50,058 nt of DNA from Eubacteriales bacterium (GTDB lineage Bacteria > Bacillota > Clostridia > Oscillospirales > CAG-272): positions 1 through 50,058 of the forward strand of contig JAZMZX010000101.1 of NCBI GenBank assembly GCA_045586225.1, given 5' to 3'. The notes under the pieces are model-generated. The model made no database searches. It was not told the DNA's origin and saw nothing but the letters and a program-made list of their open reading frames with translations. Both the position numbers and the translations under genes were made by a program. The first letter of the stretch is position 1. Each line of letters starts with the position of its first letter. Shown in pieces: positions 38,335-47,903 of the stretch.

Positions 38335-39537
38335 ATGAAGGTTTACGGAACTTATTTTCAGAATGACGAAAAGCTGCCCATAAAGTACGGAGAGGTGGAG
38401 CTTATAAATCCGGAAAGACAAAGGCTCCGCGGAGAGCCCGCCCTTTCGGGAGTTGAGGCTATCCCCGTTTTTCAGGGCTTCTGCGGCACGGACTACGAGC
38501 TGATGAAAATGGGCCGTGAGGGCAAGCTCACGGCGAAATTCCCCAAGGGTGAGGACAGGCTCATAAACGGCCACGAGGGCGTTGTCTGGGTGCCCTCCGA
38601 GGAGAGATTTGCCATCGTGCTCATCCGCGGCGGCGACAGCTACGACCCCACCCGCTACACCGAGGACGAAACCTACTTCGAATACGGCTGCGACGGTGCC
38701 GACGGCCTTTTCTGCGATAAGAATTACTTTAATCCCGATATGCTTCTCCGCCTGCCGAAGGAGTATGACGGAAAAAGGAAGCTGCCCCTTTCGGTTTTGA
38801 AGAGGCTTTCCTTTGCAGACCCCTATGCCTGCGCCATCTTCCAGCTTGAGCGCATGGAGGACCTTGGCGAGGCCCACAATTTCCGCGTTGAAATGGCAAG
38901 GCGCAAATGCTCCGAGGCGGAGGCGAGAGCCATTGCCAAGGATTCGGTATTCGGGCGCACCGTTGTGTTCGGGCTCGGTATGACGGGACTTTTCATGGCC
39001 GACCAGATACGGAGGCATCACCCCGGAGCAAAGATACTCTTCGTTGGCAGAAGCGGAGAGGAGAGCCGTAAGGTCACCTTCTCAAAGGAGATAGCGAATG
39101 CGGACTATCTTTCCACCGCAGGGCTTGACGAGAAGGCGACGGCTGATGCCATAATCGAAAGGCTTGGCGGCAGAGCCACCCTTTTCATTGGCGCAAGCGG
39201 CTCAAACGTGGAGCATCGCATTGCCTTTGAGCATAAGGTGCTGGGCTGCAACGGCGTATACAACAGCTTCTCCCTCGGTCCCAAGGTCACCTACGACACC
39301 ATGCCCTTTGGCTTTGAAAATCACCTTATCTTCGCCTCCATCAATTTCAGGCAGGCGCACATGGAAAAGGCCATCGACGTGCTGGTGGACAGCCGTTACG
39401 ATGAGGTGGTGGAGCTTATCGATAAGGAAGAATTCATCAAGGACCCCCTTGATGCATACGAAAACAAGATCTACTGCAAGGGCGCACCCCTGAAGACCGC
39501 GGCGATCTGGAATAAGGAATACGTGGAGGCTGAATGA
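38335..39537 (+). CDS. MDR-superfamily dehydrogenase (aldose 1-dehydrogenase-like)
   Basis: Catalytic-Zn motifs GFCGTD and INGHEG; Rossmann VVFGLGMTG followed by FVGRS; no four-Cys structural Zn cluster. Confidence 0.7.
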   Translation: MKVYGTYFQNDEKLPIKYGEVELINPERQRLRGEPALSGVEAIPVFQGFCGTDYELMKMGREGKLTAKFPKGEDRLINGHEGVVWVPSEERFAIVLIRGGDSYDPTRYTEDETYFEYGCDGADGLFCDKNYFNPDMLLRLPKEYDGKRKLPLSVLKRLSFADPYACAIFQLERMEDLGEAHNFRVEMARRKCSEAEARAIAKDSVFGRTVVFGLGMTGLFMADQIRRHHPGAKILFVGRSGEESRKVTFSKEIANADYLSTAGLDEKATADAIIERLGGRATLFIGASGSNVEHRIAFEHKVLGCNGVYNSFSLGPKVTYDTMPFGFENHLIFASINFRQAHMEKAIDVLVDSRYDEVVELIDKEEFIKDPLDAYENKIYCKGAPLKTAAIWNKEYVEAE

Positions 39538-40571
39538 ATATGAAAAGCACAATGAAAGCAATCGTTATCCCCCGTCCCGGTGAGATCGAGATACGGGAGC
39601 TTCCCATGCCGGAGCTTCGCCCCGGCGAGGCGCTTCTGCGCATCAGATACGTTGGTATATGCGGTGCCGACGTGGCATCCTTCACGGGAAACCAGCCCTT
39701 CACCACATATCCCCGCATCCCGGGACACGAATTTTCCGCTGAGATAGCGTATATCCCCGAAAACGACAGAGGACTCAAGGTCGGCGACGTGGTCACCGCG
39801 AATCCATACTTCAACTGCGGCGAGTGCTATTCCTGCCGCCGCGGATTCGTTAACTGCTGCACCGACAATCAGACCATGGGAGTTCAGCGGGACGGCGCCT
39901 TCTGCGAATACGTGGCAATGCCCATCGAAAGAATATACGGGGGCAAGGGACTCTCTGCTGAGGCGCTCGCCCTTATCGAGCCCTTCTCCATCTCTCAGCA
40001 CGCGGTGTCGAGAGCGGAGATAAAGAGCACGGACAACGTTCTCGTTGTGGGCGCAGGCCCCATCGGGCTTTTCGCTCTTCTTGCCGCTAAGGAAAAATGC
40101 GGCAGGATCGCCGTTGCCGATATCCTCGATAACAGGCTCTCGCTTGCAAAGGAATACGGCGCCGACGGCATTGTGAACACAAAGACCGCGTCTCTTCAGG
40201 AGTTCACGGAGGAGTTCACGGGCGGTCAGGGCTTCGACGTTTGCATTGAAGCCTGCGGCGCTCCCGAGACCTTCCTCGGCTGCATCGATGCGGCGGCGTA
40301 CGCGGCAAACATTATCCTCATCGGAAACGGCAAGCGCGAAACGAGCTTCGTGCATTCTGTGCTTCTGAAAAAGGAGCTGAACGTACACGGAAGCAGAAAC
40401 GCGCTCCGCGCCGATTTTTTAAACAATATCGACCTTGCCGCATCGGGCAGGGCAGACGTTATGAAAATGGTGAGCGGCATTTATGAAATGGACGACGCCA
40501 TCAGCGCCTTCAAGGCTCTGGCCAACAACGACGGAACCTTGGCAAAGCTTCTTATCAAGATAGGGGAATGA
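39534..40571 (+). CDS. Zn-dependent dehydrogenase, probable L-galactonate 5-dehydrogenase
   Basis: GICGAD, YPRIPGHEF, CGECYSC..NCC, TMGVQRDG, GAGPIG, KKELNVHGSRNA (YjjN/LgoD-like); lies directly upstream of uxaB. Confidence 0.75.
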   Translation: MNMKSTMKAIVIPRPGEIEIRELPMPELRPGEALLRIRYVGICGADVASFTGNQPFTTYPRIPGHEFSAEIAYIPENDRGLKVGDVVTANPYFNCGECYSCRRGFVNCCTDNQTMGVQRDGAFCEYVAMPIERIYGGKGLSAEALALIEPFSISQHAVSRAEIKSTDNVLVVGAGPIGLFALLAAKEKCGRIAVADILDNRLSLAKEYGADGIVNTKTASLQEFTEEFTGGQGFDVCIEACGAPETFLGCIDAAAYAANIILIGNGKRETSFVHSVLLKKELNVHGSRNALRADFLNNIDLAASGRADVMKMVSGIYEMDDAISAFKALANNDGTLAKLLIKIGE

Positions 40572-41890
40572 AAATGAAAGAAACTATCATACAGTTTGGA
40601 GAGGGCAATTTCCTCCGCGGATTTTTTGACTATTTCCTTCACGGACTCAACAAAAAAGGTCTTTACGAGGGCAAAGCCGTTATAGTACAGCCCCTTCCCG
40701 AGGGAAGATGCGGCATTATGAACGCTCAGGGCTGCAAATACAATCTTTATCTTCGCGGCATCGATGGGGGCGAGGTCAGGGAGGAGCACACTCTTGTTGA
40801 ATCTGTGTCCCGCTGCGTTGACCCTTATGCCGATTTCGACGGCTATATGAGCCTTGCGGATGCACCCGATTTCAGATTCATCGCTTCAAACACCACCGAG
40901 GCGGGCATCGAATTCGACCCGGCCTGCAAATTTGAGGACAGACCCTGCCGCTCCTTCCCCGGCAAGCTTACTCAGCTTCTGTACAGAAGGTACGAAAAGG
41001 GGCTTCCGGGCTTTATCGTGCTCTCATGCGAGCTCATCGACAACAACGGACGCGAGCTTCACCGCTGCGTTCTGGAATATGCGGACCTTTGGGGTCTGGG
41101 CGATGATTTCAAGCGCTGGATAAACGAAGAAAACAGCTTTGCAAACACGCTTGTTGACCGTATCGTCACCGGCTACCCCACCGACGAAACGGCAGAGAAG
41201 CACCCCGACGACAAAATGCTGGACACGGCGGAGCTTTTCCATCTGTGGGTCATCGAGGGGGATTTCGAAAATGAGCTTCCTCTCCGCGCCGCAGGCTATA
41301 ACGTTATCTGGACCGATGACGTGAAGCCCTATAAAAAGATAAAGGTGCGCATACTCAACGGCGCACACACCTCTATGGTGCCGGGCGCCATCCTTGCAGG
41401 GCTCGAGACCGTTGGCGAATGCATGAAGGACGAGGACGTGAGAGCATATCTCTCTGCCTGCGTCAAGGGCGAGATACTGCCCACCATCGGCGAGACAGAG
41501 GAGAGCATCGCCTTTGCTGCGAAGGTGTACGACCGCTTTGAAAATCCCTTCATCAGGCACCGTCTGCGCTCCATCGCTCTCAATTCCGTGAGCAAATTCT
41601 CCGTGCGCGTGCTGCCCACCATGCTTGAATACAGGGAAAAGCACGGCGAATATCCGAAGGCGCTCACAATGTCGCTGGCGCTTCTTCTCAGCTTTTATAA
41701 GAACGACACTCCCGAGGATTCCGAATACGCCGTGAACGCGCTGAAAAACGGCACGGTGGCAGAGATACTCGGAAACGAAGATCTTTGGTCGCAGGATATT
41801 TCGGACCTTGCCGAAAAAGTGACCGAATGCATGGAAAAGATTGAGGCTCTCGGCGCGAGAGGAGCAATGAAATGGATACTGTCAAGATAA
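40568..41890 (+). CDS. uxaB: tagaturonate reductase (altronate oxidoreductase)
   Basis: IQFGEGNFLRGF, SNTTEAGI, SFPGKLT, CELIDNNG, LVDRIVTG, KVRILNGAHT, IALNSVSKF. Confidence 0.93.
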   Translation: MKMKETIIQFGEGNFLRGFFDYFLHGLNKKGLYEGKAVIVQPLPEGRCGIMNAQGCKYNLYLRGIDGGEVREEHTLVESVSRCVDPYADFDGYMSLADAPDFRFIASNTTEAGIEFDPACKFEDRPCRSFPGKLTQLLYRRYEKGLPGFIVLSCELIDNNGRELHRCVLEYADLWGLGDDFKRWINEENSFANTLVDRIVTGYPTDETAEKHPDDKMLDTAELFHLWVIEGDFENELPLRAAGYNVIWTDDVKPYKKIKVRILNGAHTSMVPGAILAGLETVGECMKDEDVRAYLSACVKGEILPTIGETEESIAFAAKVYDRFENPFIRHRLRSIALNSVSKFSVRVLPTMLEYREKHGEYPKALTMSLALLLSFYKNDTPEDSEYAVNALKNGTVAEILGNEDLWSQDISDLAEKVTECMEKIEALGARGAMKWILSR

Positions 41891-43245
41891 ACGAACGCGA
41901 CAACGTGGCGGTGAACACCGTCACAGGCCATAAAACGGCTCTTTTCCCCATCCGCGAGGGAGAGGACGTTATAAAATACGGCTTCCCCATCGGCGTTGCC
42001 ACCGCCGACATTGCGGCAGGTGACAGCGTGCACACACACAATATGAAAACGAAGCTTGGAGGCATCCTTTCCTACGAATACGATCCGAAGGCGGAGAGGC
42101 TTCCCGAAAAGGAGCCCTTCCTCATCAGCGCGTACGAGCGCGAGGACGGGAAGATAGGCATCCGCAACGACGTGTGGATAGTGCCCACCGTGGGATGTGT
42201 GAACGGAACCGCGAAAAAGCTGGCGGAGGCAACGGGCGCTATAGCTCTTTCCCATCCCTACGGATGCAGCCAGCTTGGCGACGACATGAAGACCACACAG
42301 CTCATCCTCCGCGGACTCATAAACCACCCCAATAAGGGCGGTGTGCTGGTGCTTGGCCTCGGATGTGAGAACAATCACATCGGTGAGATGAAGGCGGTGC
42401 TGGGAGGCTGGGACCCGGAGCGGGTGAAGTTTCTTTCGACGCAGGACTGCGGCGACGAGATCGAAGAGGGCATAGGGCTCATCCGTGAGCTTCAGGCGCG
42501 TGCCGCCCTTGACGTGAGGGTGAAGGTGCCCGTGTCGCGGCTTACGGTCGGCATGAAGTGCGGCGGCTCCGACGGACTTTCCGGTATCACGGCAAACCCC
42601 GTTGTGGGGCTTGTAACGGACGAGCTCTGCTCCATGGGAGCCTCTGCGGTGCTGACGGAGGTGCCCGAAATGTTTGGCGCCGAAACGGTGCTCTTTGAGC
42701 GCGCCGTTTCCCGTGACGTTTTCGAAAAAAGCGTGGATCTTATAAACGATTTCAAGGAATATTTCAGGTCCCACGGTGAGCCCGTGTCTGAGAATCCCTC
42801 CCCCGGCAATAAGGAGGGCGGCATCACCACCCTTGAGGAAAAATCTCTCGGATGCGTGCAGAAGGGCGGCACCGCTCCCGTTGTGGACGTGCTCACCTAC
42901 GGCGACACCGTGCGTAAGCAGGGGCTCAGCCTTCTGAACGGACCGGGAAACGATATCGTTTCCATAACGAATCTGGCGGCTGCGGGCTGCCATCTCGTGC
43001 TTTTCACAACAGGACGTGGCACGCCCCTGGGCGGCGCGGTGCCCACGTTGAAGATAGCGTCAAACGCGGCGCTGGCGAAAAAGAAGCCTCACTGGATCGA
43101 TTTTTCCGCGGACGTTGACGATAAAAAAGAAGCGGCAGAGGAGCTTCTGGAGCTTATCAGGCGTGTTGCCGACGGTGAACCCACCAAAAACGAGCTCGAA
43201 GGCTGCCGCGAGATCGCCATATTCAAGGACGGTGTAACGTTATGA
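41872..43245 (+). CDS. uxaA: altronate dehydratase
   Basis: SAF-like N-terminus (DNVAV, GHK, KYG, HTHN); GIRN, HPYGCSQLGDD, GLGCENN, KCGGSDG, ENPSPGNKEGG, FTTGRGTP. Confidence 0.93.
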   Translation: MDTVKINERDNVAVNTVTGHKTALFPIREGEDVIKYGFPIGVATADIAAGDSVHTHNMKTKLGGILSYEYDPKAERLPEKEPFLISAYEREDGKIGIRNDVWIVPTVGCVNGTAKKLAEATGAIALSHPYGCSQLGDDMKTTQLILRGLINHPNKGGVLVLGLGCENNHIGEMKAVLGGWDPERVKFLSTQDCGDEIEEGIGLIRELQARAALDVRVKVPVSRLTVGMKCGGSDGLSGITANPVVGLVTDELCSMGASAVLTEVPEMFGAETVLFERAVSRDVFEKSVDLINDFKEYFRSHGEPVSENPSPGNKEGGITTLEEKSLGCVQKGGTAPVVDVLTYGDTVRKQGLSLLNGPGNDIVSITNLAAAGCHLVLFTTGRGTPLGGAVPTLKIASNAALAKKKPHWIDFSADVDDKKEAAEELLELIRRVADGEPTKNELEGCREIAIFKDGVTL

Positions 43246-44120
43246 TGATAATAGACGCGCACGCGCATTTATGGGATAAGCAGGCGGGCCTTGTGAACGG
43301 CAGGCCGGTTTACCACGTCGGCGGCGGAAAAAGTGATTTTGGCGGCGAGCTTCGCCAGATGATGCCGGCATACATGACGGATGGCGTGAATTCCGCCGAA
43401 AGATTCCTTGCCAATATGGACTATGCCGAGGTGTCTGCCGCCGTTATTACTCAGGAATATATCGACGGCAATCAGGATTCCTATCTTCTTAGGTGCAAGG
43501 AGGCATCGGGCGGCAGGCTCAAGGTTTGTGCACTCTACGAGGAGAAGCCCCTGGGAGACGTCGGAGCATTCGACGGCATAAAGATATGCGCCTCCCGTCT
43601 TAGCAACACGGACCTTATGGCGCATAGGGAGCCCTTCCGCCTGGCGGCAGAGTATGGCAAGTTCATTTCCATCGATCTTGCGGACGGCGCCCTTCAGACG
43701 GAGGCGCTTTCGAGGCTTGCAAAGGAATATTCAAGCCTCCGCATCGCCATCGGCCACTTCGGCATGGTGACGAGGGACGGCTGGGAGGAGCAGATCAAGG
43801 TGGCGGAAAACGAAAACGTTTTCATTGAAAGCGGCGGCATCACCTGGCTTTTCAACAGCGAGTTTTACCCCTACCCCTCGGCGGTGAAGGCGATAAAAAG
43901 AGCCGCGGAGCTTGTGGGCATGGAAAAGCTCATGTGGGGAAGCGATTACCCACGCACCATGACAGCCATCACATATAAGATGAGCTACGATTTTATCACT
44001 AAGTCCGACCTGATGAGCGAGGACAAAAAGAAGCTCTTCCTCGGCGGGAATGCAAAGCGCTTTTACGGATTTTCCGATCTTGAAAAGCCTCCGAGGATCA
44101 AAAACATGGTTGAAGACTAA
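43242..44120 (+). CDS. amidohydrolase family protein, probable sugar lactonase
   Basis: IIDAHAHLW, NMDYA..SAAVITQEYIDG, AIGHFGM, ESGGITWLFN.EFYP, WGSDYPRT. Confidence 0.8.
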   Translation: MMIIDAHAHLWDKQAGLVNGRPVYHVGGGKSDFGGELRQMMPAYMTDGVNSAERFLANMDYAEVSAAVITQEYIDGNQDSYLLRCKEASGGRLKVCALYEEKPLGDVGAFDGIKICASRLSNTDLMAHREPFRLAAEYGKFISIDLADGALQTEALSRLAKEYSSLRIAIGHFGMVTRDGWEEQIKVAENENVFIESGGITWLFNSEFYPYPSAVKAIKRAAELVGMEKLMWGSDYPRTMTAITYKMSYDFITKSDLMSEDKKKLFLGGNAKRFYGFSDLEKPPRIKNMVED

Positions 44121-44122
44121 AG

Positions 44123-44151
44123 AAAAAAAGACCCGATCCCGGGTCTTTTTT
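44123..44151. terminator. bidirectional terminator
   Basis: AAAAAAAGACCCG-ATCC-CGGGTCTTTTTT. Confidence 0.85.
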
Positions 44152-44184
44152 TGCTTTTTCGCGTTGCGGTCACATACCGTGCGG

Positions 44185-44781
44185 TTACATACCGCTCGTG
44201 CCCTTTGGCACGAGGGCAATGATGAGCACGATCACAGCAACAGCAATGAGAATGGCGATGACGATGCCAACGACGCCGCCGTTTTTGTCCATGGCGCCCA
44301 TGACCTCGCCCTCCTCTTCTCCCATTTCGTCCTTGATGCTTTCAAGGATCTCGGTGCCCTTGCCTTCATCATCCTTGTCGGGAACGGTGTCGTGGGTGGT
44401 CACCTTGTCGGTGACGGAGTCGCTTGTTACTCTGTCCTCGGTAACGGCATCGCTGACGTCATCCATGATGCCACTGTCTGCGGCGGTGCCGTTTCTGTAT
44501 CTGTCCGTTGTGTTGCCGGTGTAGTGGTTTGTGGTGTCATCGTGTGCTGCGATGCCGCCGCCGTTGCCCACGGGGGAATTGTTGTTTCCGTTTATACCGC
44601 TGCCCACGGAGGGATTCTCACGCCTTCCGCTGTAGGGGGTCCATCCATTATCGGGGGAGCCGCCGTCGGGCATTCTGTCGGCGGCAAAGGCAGGCACCGC
44701 AAGGGTGAGCACCGTGACGGCAATAATAATTGCCGCGGCGGCAAAAGCCGTGACCGTGCGCCTTTTGTTTTTCTTCTGCAT
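44185..44781 (-). CDS. hypothetical exported protein with a C-terminal membrane anchor
   Basis: Signal peptide (basic N-terminus, AFA/A site), low-complexity G/N/D/T core and a terminal hydrophobic helix. Confidence 0.7.
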   Translation of the reverse strand: MQKKNKRRTVTAFAAAAIIIAVTVLTLAVPAFAADRMPDGGSPDNGWTPYSGRRENPSVGSGINGNNNSPVGNGGGIAAHDDTTNHYTGNTTDRYRNGTAADSGIMDDVSDAVTEDRVTSDSVTDKVTTHDTVPDKDDEGKGTEILESIKDEMGEEEGEVMGAMDKNGGVVGIVIAILIAVAVIVLIIALVPKGTSGM

Positions 44782-44911
44782 AACGAACTCTCGTATACGA
44801 GCCCTTTCGATCTTTTTGTATCAGTCCGCATGGGAACTGATACGATGTTAGTTTTATGCGGCGCGGGCGTTTTGATACGAGCCATTATTTGGCTCCGCAC
44901 AAGCTCGCTTG

Positions 44912-44940
44912 TTGACCGAAAAAAATATATATGATATAAT
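44912..44940 (+). promoter_or_regulatory. sigma-A promoter
   Basis: TTGACC-17 nt-TATAAT with TG extension. Confidence 0.7.
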
Positions 44941-45015
44941 TATTGGCTGTAGAGTTGGGCTTAAAACGGCCCGACGCAGGTGTTTTTTTGAAAAAACGGC
45001 GTGGGAGGCGAGGAT

Positions 45016-47238
45016 ATGAAGGTGCTTCACTTAATATCGGGCGGCGACAGCGGCGGCGCGAAAACGAGTCTTTTTGCGCTGCTTTCTGCCCTTCGTCACT
45101 CCGTATACGTGCGTGTGGGCTGCCTTATTGAGGGGGATTTTTACCGTGACCTGCCCACCCTCGGCGTGGACCACGTGCTTTTCAGGCAGAAAAGCCGCTT
45201 TGACCTTTCCGTTGTAAGGGATATTGCGGATATGATAAATTCCGAAGGCTTCGACATACTCCACGTTCACGGCGCAAGGGCAAATTTTGTGGCATCCTTT
45301 GTGAGGAGCCGTGTGAGAGTGCCTGTTGTAACCACTATCCACAGCGATTATCTGCTGGATTTCGAAACGCCGGTGAAGAAGCTTTTCTTCACGGGGCTGA
45401 ATGTGTACGCTCTTCATAGGATACCCTATTACATCGCCGTGTCTCACAGCTTTTGCGATATGATGATAAAGCGCGGCTTTATGCCAAATTCCGTTTACAC
45501 TGCATATAACGGCATCGACCTTTCGGCGGTGCCGAAGGAGAGGCTCCCGAAGGAGGATTTCTGCCGACGGTACGGCTTTGCCTACGACGGCGGCAAGGTG
45601 TACGTTGGCATTGCGGCGCGGCTGGACAAAGTGAAGGGTGTCGACGTTTTCATAAAGGCCGCAAAGGAAGTGCTGAAAAAGGAAAGCAGCGCTGTTTTCC
45701 TTATTGCCGGCGACGGCGCCGAGAAGGAGAAGCTCCGTAAGCTTGCCGGTGACACCGACAGAATAAAATTTCTCGGTCACGTTTCCGATATATATTCGTT
45801 TTACGGTACTGTCGATATAAACGCCGTCACGTCCAGGTCGGAGAGCTTTCCCTATTCTATGCTTGAGGGCGCCGCCCTCTGCAAGCCTGCCGTTGCCTCC
45901 GCTGTCGGCGGCATCCCATACCTTTTGAAGGATGGGGAGACCGGATATCTTTTCCCCTCGGAGGACGCTTCTGCACTTGCGGAAAAGCTTTTACTTCTGA
46001 TAAACGATAAAAACGGGCGCCTGAAAATGGGCGAAGCTCTGAGAAAAAGAGTGGAGGCGGAGTTTTCTGCCGAAGCCTTCGCCTCGCGCCACCTTGAAAT
46101 ATACGAACGTATACTTGCCGACCATAAGGATAAATCCGAAAACGGCAAGGCCTACGACTGCATTTTCTCGGGATATTACGGATTTCACAACAGCGGAGAC
46201 GACGCAGTGCTCAAGGTGCTCTGCGACGGCATCCGCGCGGAATGCCGCGGCGCAAGAATAGCGGTGCTGGGAAGGCACCCACGGAGGCTTATGAGGGAGT
46301 TTGGCGTGGATGCTTTCGGCAGAGCGCGCCCGTTTGAAACGCGGCGAGGCATAAAAAGCTCCCGTGTGCTCCTTTTCGGAGGGGGCTCCCTTTTGCAGGA
46401 CAAAACGAGCAAAAGGTCCCTATACTATTATTTGCACGTTATAAAGCTTGCGAAAAGGCTTGGCCTTCCCGTTATGATGATAGCAAACGGCATCGGTCCT
46501 GTGAGAAACGGAAGAAACGCTCTTCGCGTGAGGGACACCGTCAACGGCTGTGTTTGTGAGATCACTCTCCGCGATGAGGATTCGCTTTCCCGTCTCCGCG
46601 GGCTTGGCGTGACGGTGCCTGCACGGGTGACGGCAGACCCTGCGCTTCTTCTGGGAAGCGGCACGGATAACGGAGCGCCGTCGGCCGCAGGATCGGGCAA
46701 ATACGCGACCCTTTCCCTGCGCAGATGGAGCGGCACCTCCCGCGGCTTTGAGGCAGCGGTGGCTGGGGCCTTCCGCAGGCTTTCGGAAAGCCACGGCGTG
46801 AGGGCGGTGCTTTTGCCTCTGCAGCCGAAAAAGGATATGAAGATCTCAAAGCGCGTGGCGGCGCTGATCGGAGACTCCGCCGCCGTCGACGAAGATCATC
46901 TCACACCTGAGGCAGCGGTTGCCCTTATGAGGGGCGCGTGCCTGAACGTTTCCATGCGCCTTCACGGGCTCGTGTATTCAGTGGCGGCGGGTACGCCAGC
47001 GGTGGCGCTGGGGTACGACCCAAAGGTGGACGGCTTCATGCGCCACGCAGGTCTCCCCTTCGTTATATATGCCGCAAGCCTCGATGCCGACACACTTTAT
47101 AGCACGCTTCTTTCGGGGATGCGGTCGGAGGTGAACGGTGAACGGCGGGCGGAGCTTTTGGAGCTTTCAAGGATAAACGCGGCGATAGCCGCACGGCTTA
47201 TAGAAAAAGAAAAAAGCCGCGGGAATGCGGCTTACTGA
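45016..47238 (+). CDS. csaB: GT4 glycosyltransferase fused to polysaccharide pyruvyl transferase CsaB
   Basis: N-half ISGGDSGGAKT, HVHG, AARLDKVKG, ESFPYSMLE; C-half SGYYGFHNSGDDA, GGGSLLQD.TS, NGIGP, TADPA, MRLH, YDPKV. Confidence 0.88.
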   Translation: MKVLHLISGGDSGGAKTSLFALLSALRHSVYVRVGCLIEGDFYRDLPTLGVDHVLFRQKSRFDLSVVRDIADMINSEGFDILHVHGARANFVASFVRSRVRVPVVTTIHSDYLLDFETPVKKLFFTGLNVYALHRIPYYIAVSHSFCDMMIKRGFMPNSVYTAYNGIDLSAVPKERLPKEDFCRRYGFAYDGGKVYVGIAARLDKVKGVDVFIKAAKEVLKKESSAVFLIAGDGAEKEKLRKLAGDTDRIKFLGHVSDIYSFYGTVDINAVTSRSESFPYSMLEGAALCKPAVASAVGGIPYLLKDGETGYLFPSEDASALAEKLLLLINDKNGRLKMGEALRKRVEAEFSAEAFASRHLEIYERILADHKDKSENGKAYDCIFSGYYGFHNSGDDAVLKVLCDGIRAECRGARIAVLGRHPRRLMREFGVDAFGRARPFETRRGIKSSRVLLFGGGSLLQDKTSKRSLYYYLHVIKLAKRLGLPVMMIANGIGPVRNGRNALRVRDTVNGCVCEITLRDEDSLSRLRGLGVTVPARVTADPALLLGSGTDNGAPSAAGSGKYATLSLRRWSGTSRGFEAAVAGAFRRLSESHGVRAVLLPLQPKKDMKISKRVAALIGDSAAVDEDHLTPEAAVALMRGACLNVSMRLHGLVYSVAAGTPAVALGYDPKVDGFMRHAGLPFVIYAASLDADTLYSTLLSGMRSEVNGERRAELLELSRINAAIAARLIEKEKSRGNAAY

Positions 47239-47268
47239 GCTTTGTTGATCAATAGGAGATACGGTACC

Positions 47269-47598
47269 ATGGATGAAAAAAGATTCCGCAAAAACGATTC
47301 GGGGTTTGTTTGCGCAAACTGCGGCTTTCAGGTGGAGCCTCTGGGCTACACCTCCCGAAATCATTGCCCCCGATGCCTCTGCTCCCTTCACCTCGATGTG
47401 AATCCCGGTGACAGAGCGGCAGACTGTGGCGGCATAATGCGTCCCATACGTGTGGAGCCCGACAGGAAGAAGGGCTACATCATCATTCATAAATGCGAAA
47501 AATGCGGTGCCGTGGGCAGAAACAGAGCCGCCCACGAGGCATCCGTACAGCCCGACGATATAGATCTTCTCATCGAGCTTACGAGCAGAGTCGATTAA
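47269..47598 (+). CDS. RNHCP domain protein
   Basis: FVCANCG, RNHCPRCLCSLHLD..PGDRAADCGG.M, HKCEKCG. Confidence 0.9.
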   Translation: MDEKRFRKNDSGFVCANCGFQVEPLGYTSRNHCPRCLCSLHLDVNPGDRAADCGGIMRPIRVEPDRKKGYIIIHKCEKCGAVGRNRAAHEASVQPDDIDLLIELTSRVD

Positions 47599-47816
47599 TT
47601 CTCGCCGTCATCGGCGGGCTTTTCCTCGGGAAGCTCGATAGAGCGGAGAGCAGCTTCGGGTATCTTGCCGTGGACACGCTCGAAATATGCAATGTTCTGA
47701 CGGAGCATATGGAGAATGTGGTTGTTGGGCGTGCGCTTTTCGGCGGCGGCAATGTAGTAGAGCCTGCGGAGGAGATCGTCGGAAAGGCGGAGGGTCATGT
47801 TCTTATCGTTTTTCAT
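47595..47816 (-). CDS. Arc/ribbon-helix-helix DNA-binding protein
   Basis: 73 aa; MTLRLSDDLLRRLYYIAAAEKRTPNNHI fits the RHH pattern; RBS AAGGA. Confidence 0.75.
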   Translation of the reverse strand: MKNDKNMTLRLSDDLLRRLYYIAAAEKRTPNNHILHMLRQNIAYFERVHGKIPEAALRSIELPEEKPADDGEN

Positions 47817-47903
47817 GTTCTTTCGTCCTTTTAGATTCGTTTTTTATATTTTATATCATTTTGCCGAAAAAGTAAACATCCCGAAGGAAGGAGGGGCAGA
47901 CTG

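Noticed and set aside
47269-47816. RNHCP plus Arc/RHH as a toxin-antitoxin pair
   Set aside because: The genes are convergent rather than co-transcribed, and neither has a toxin motif.
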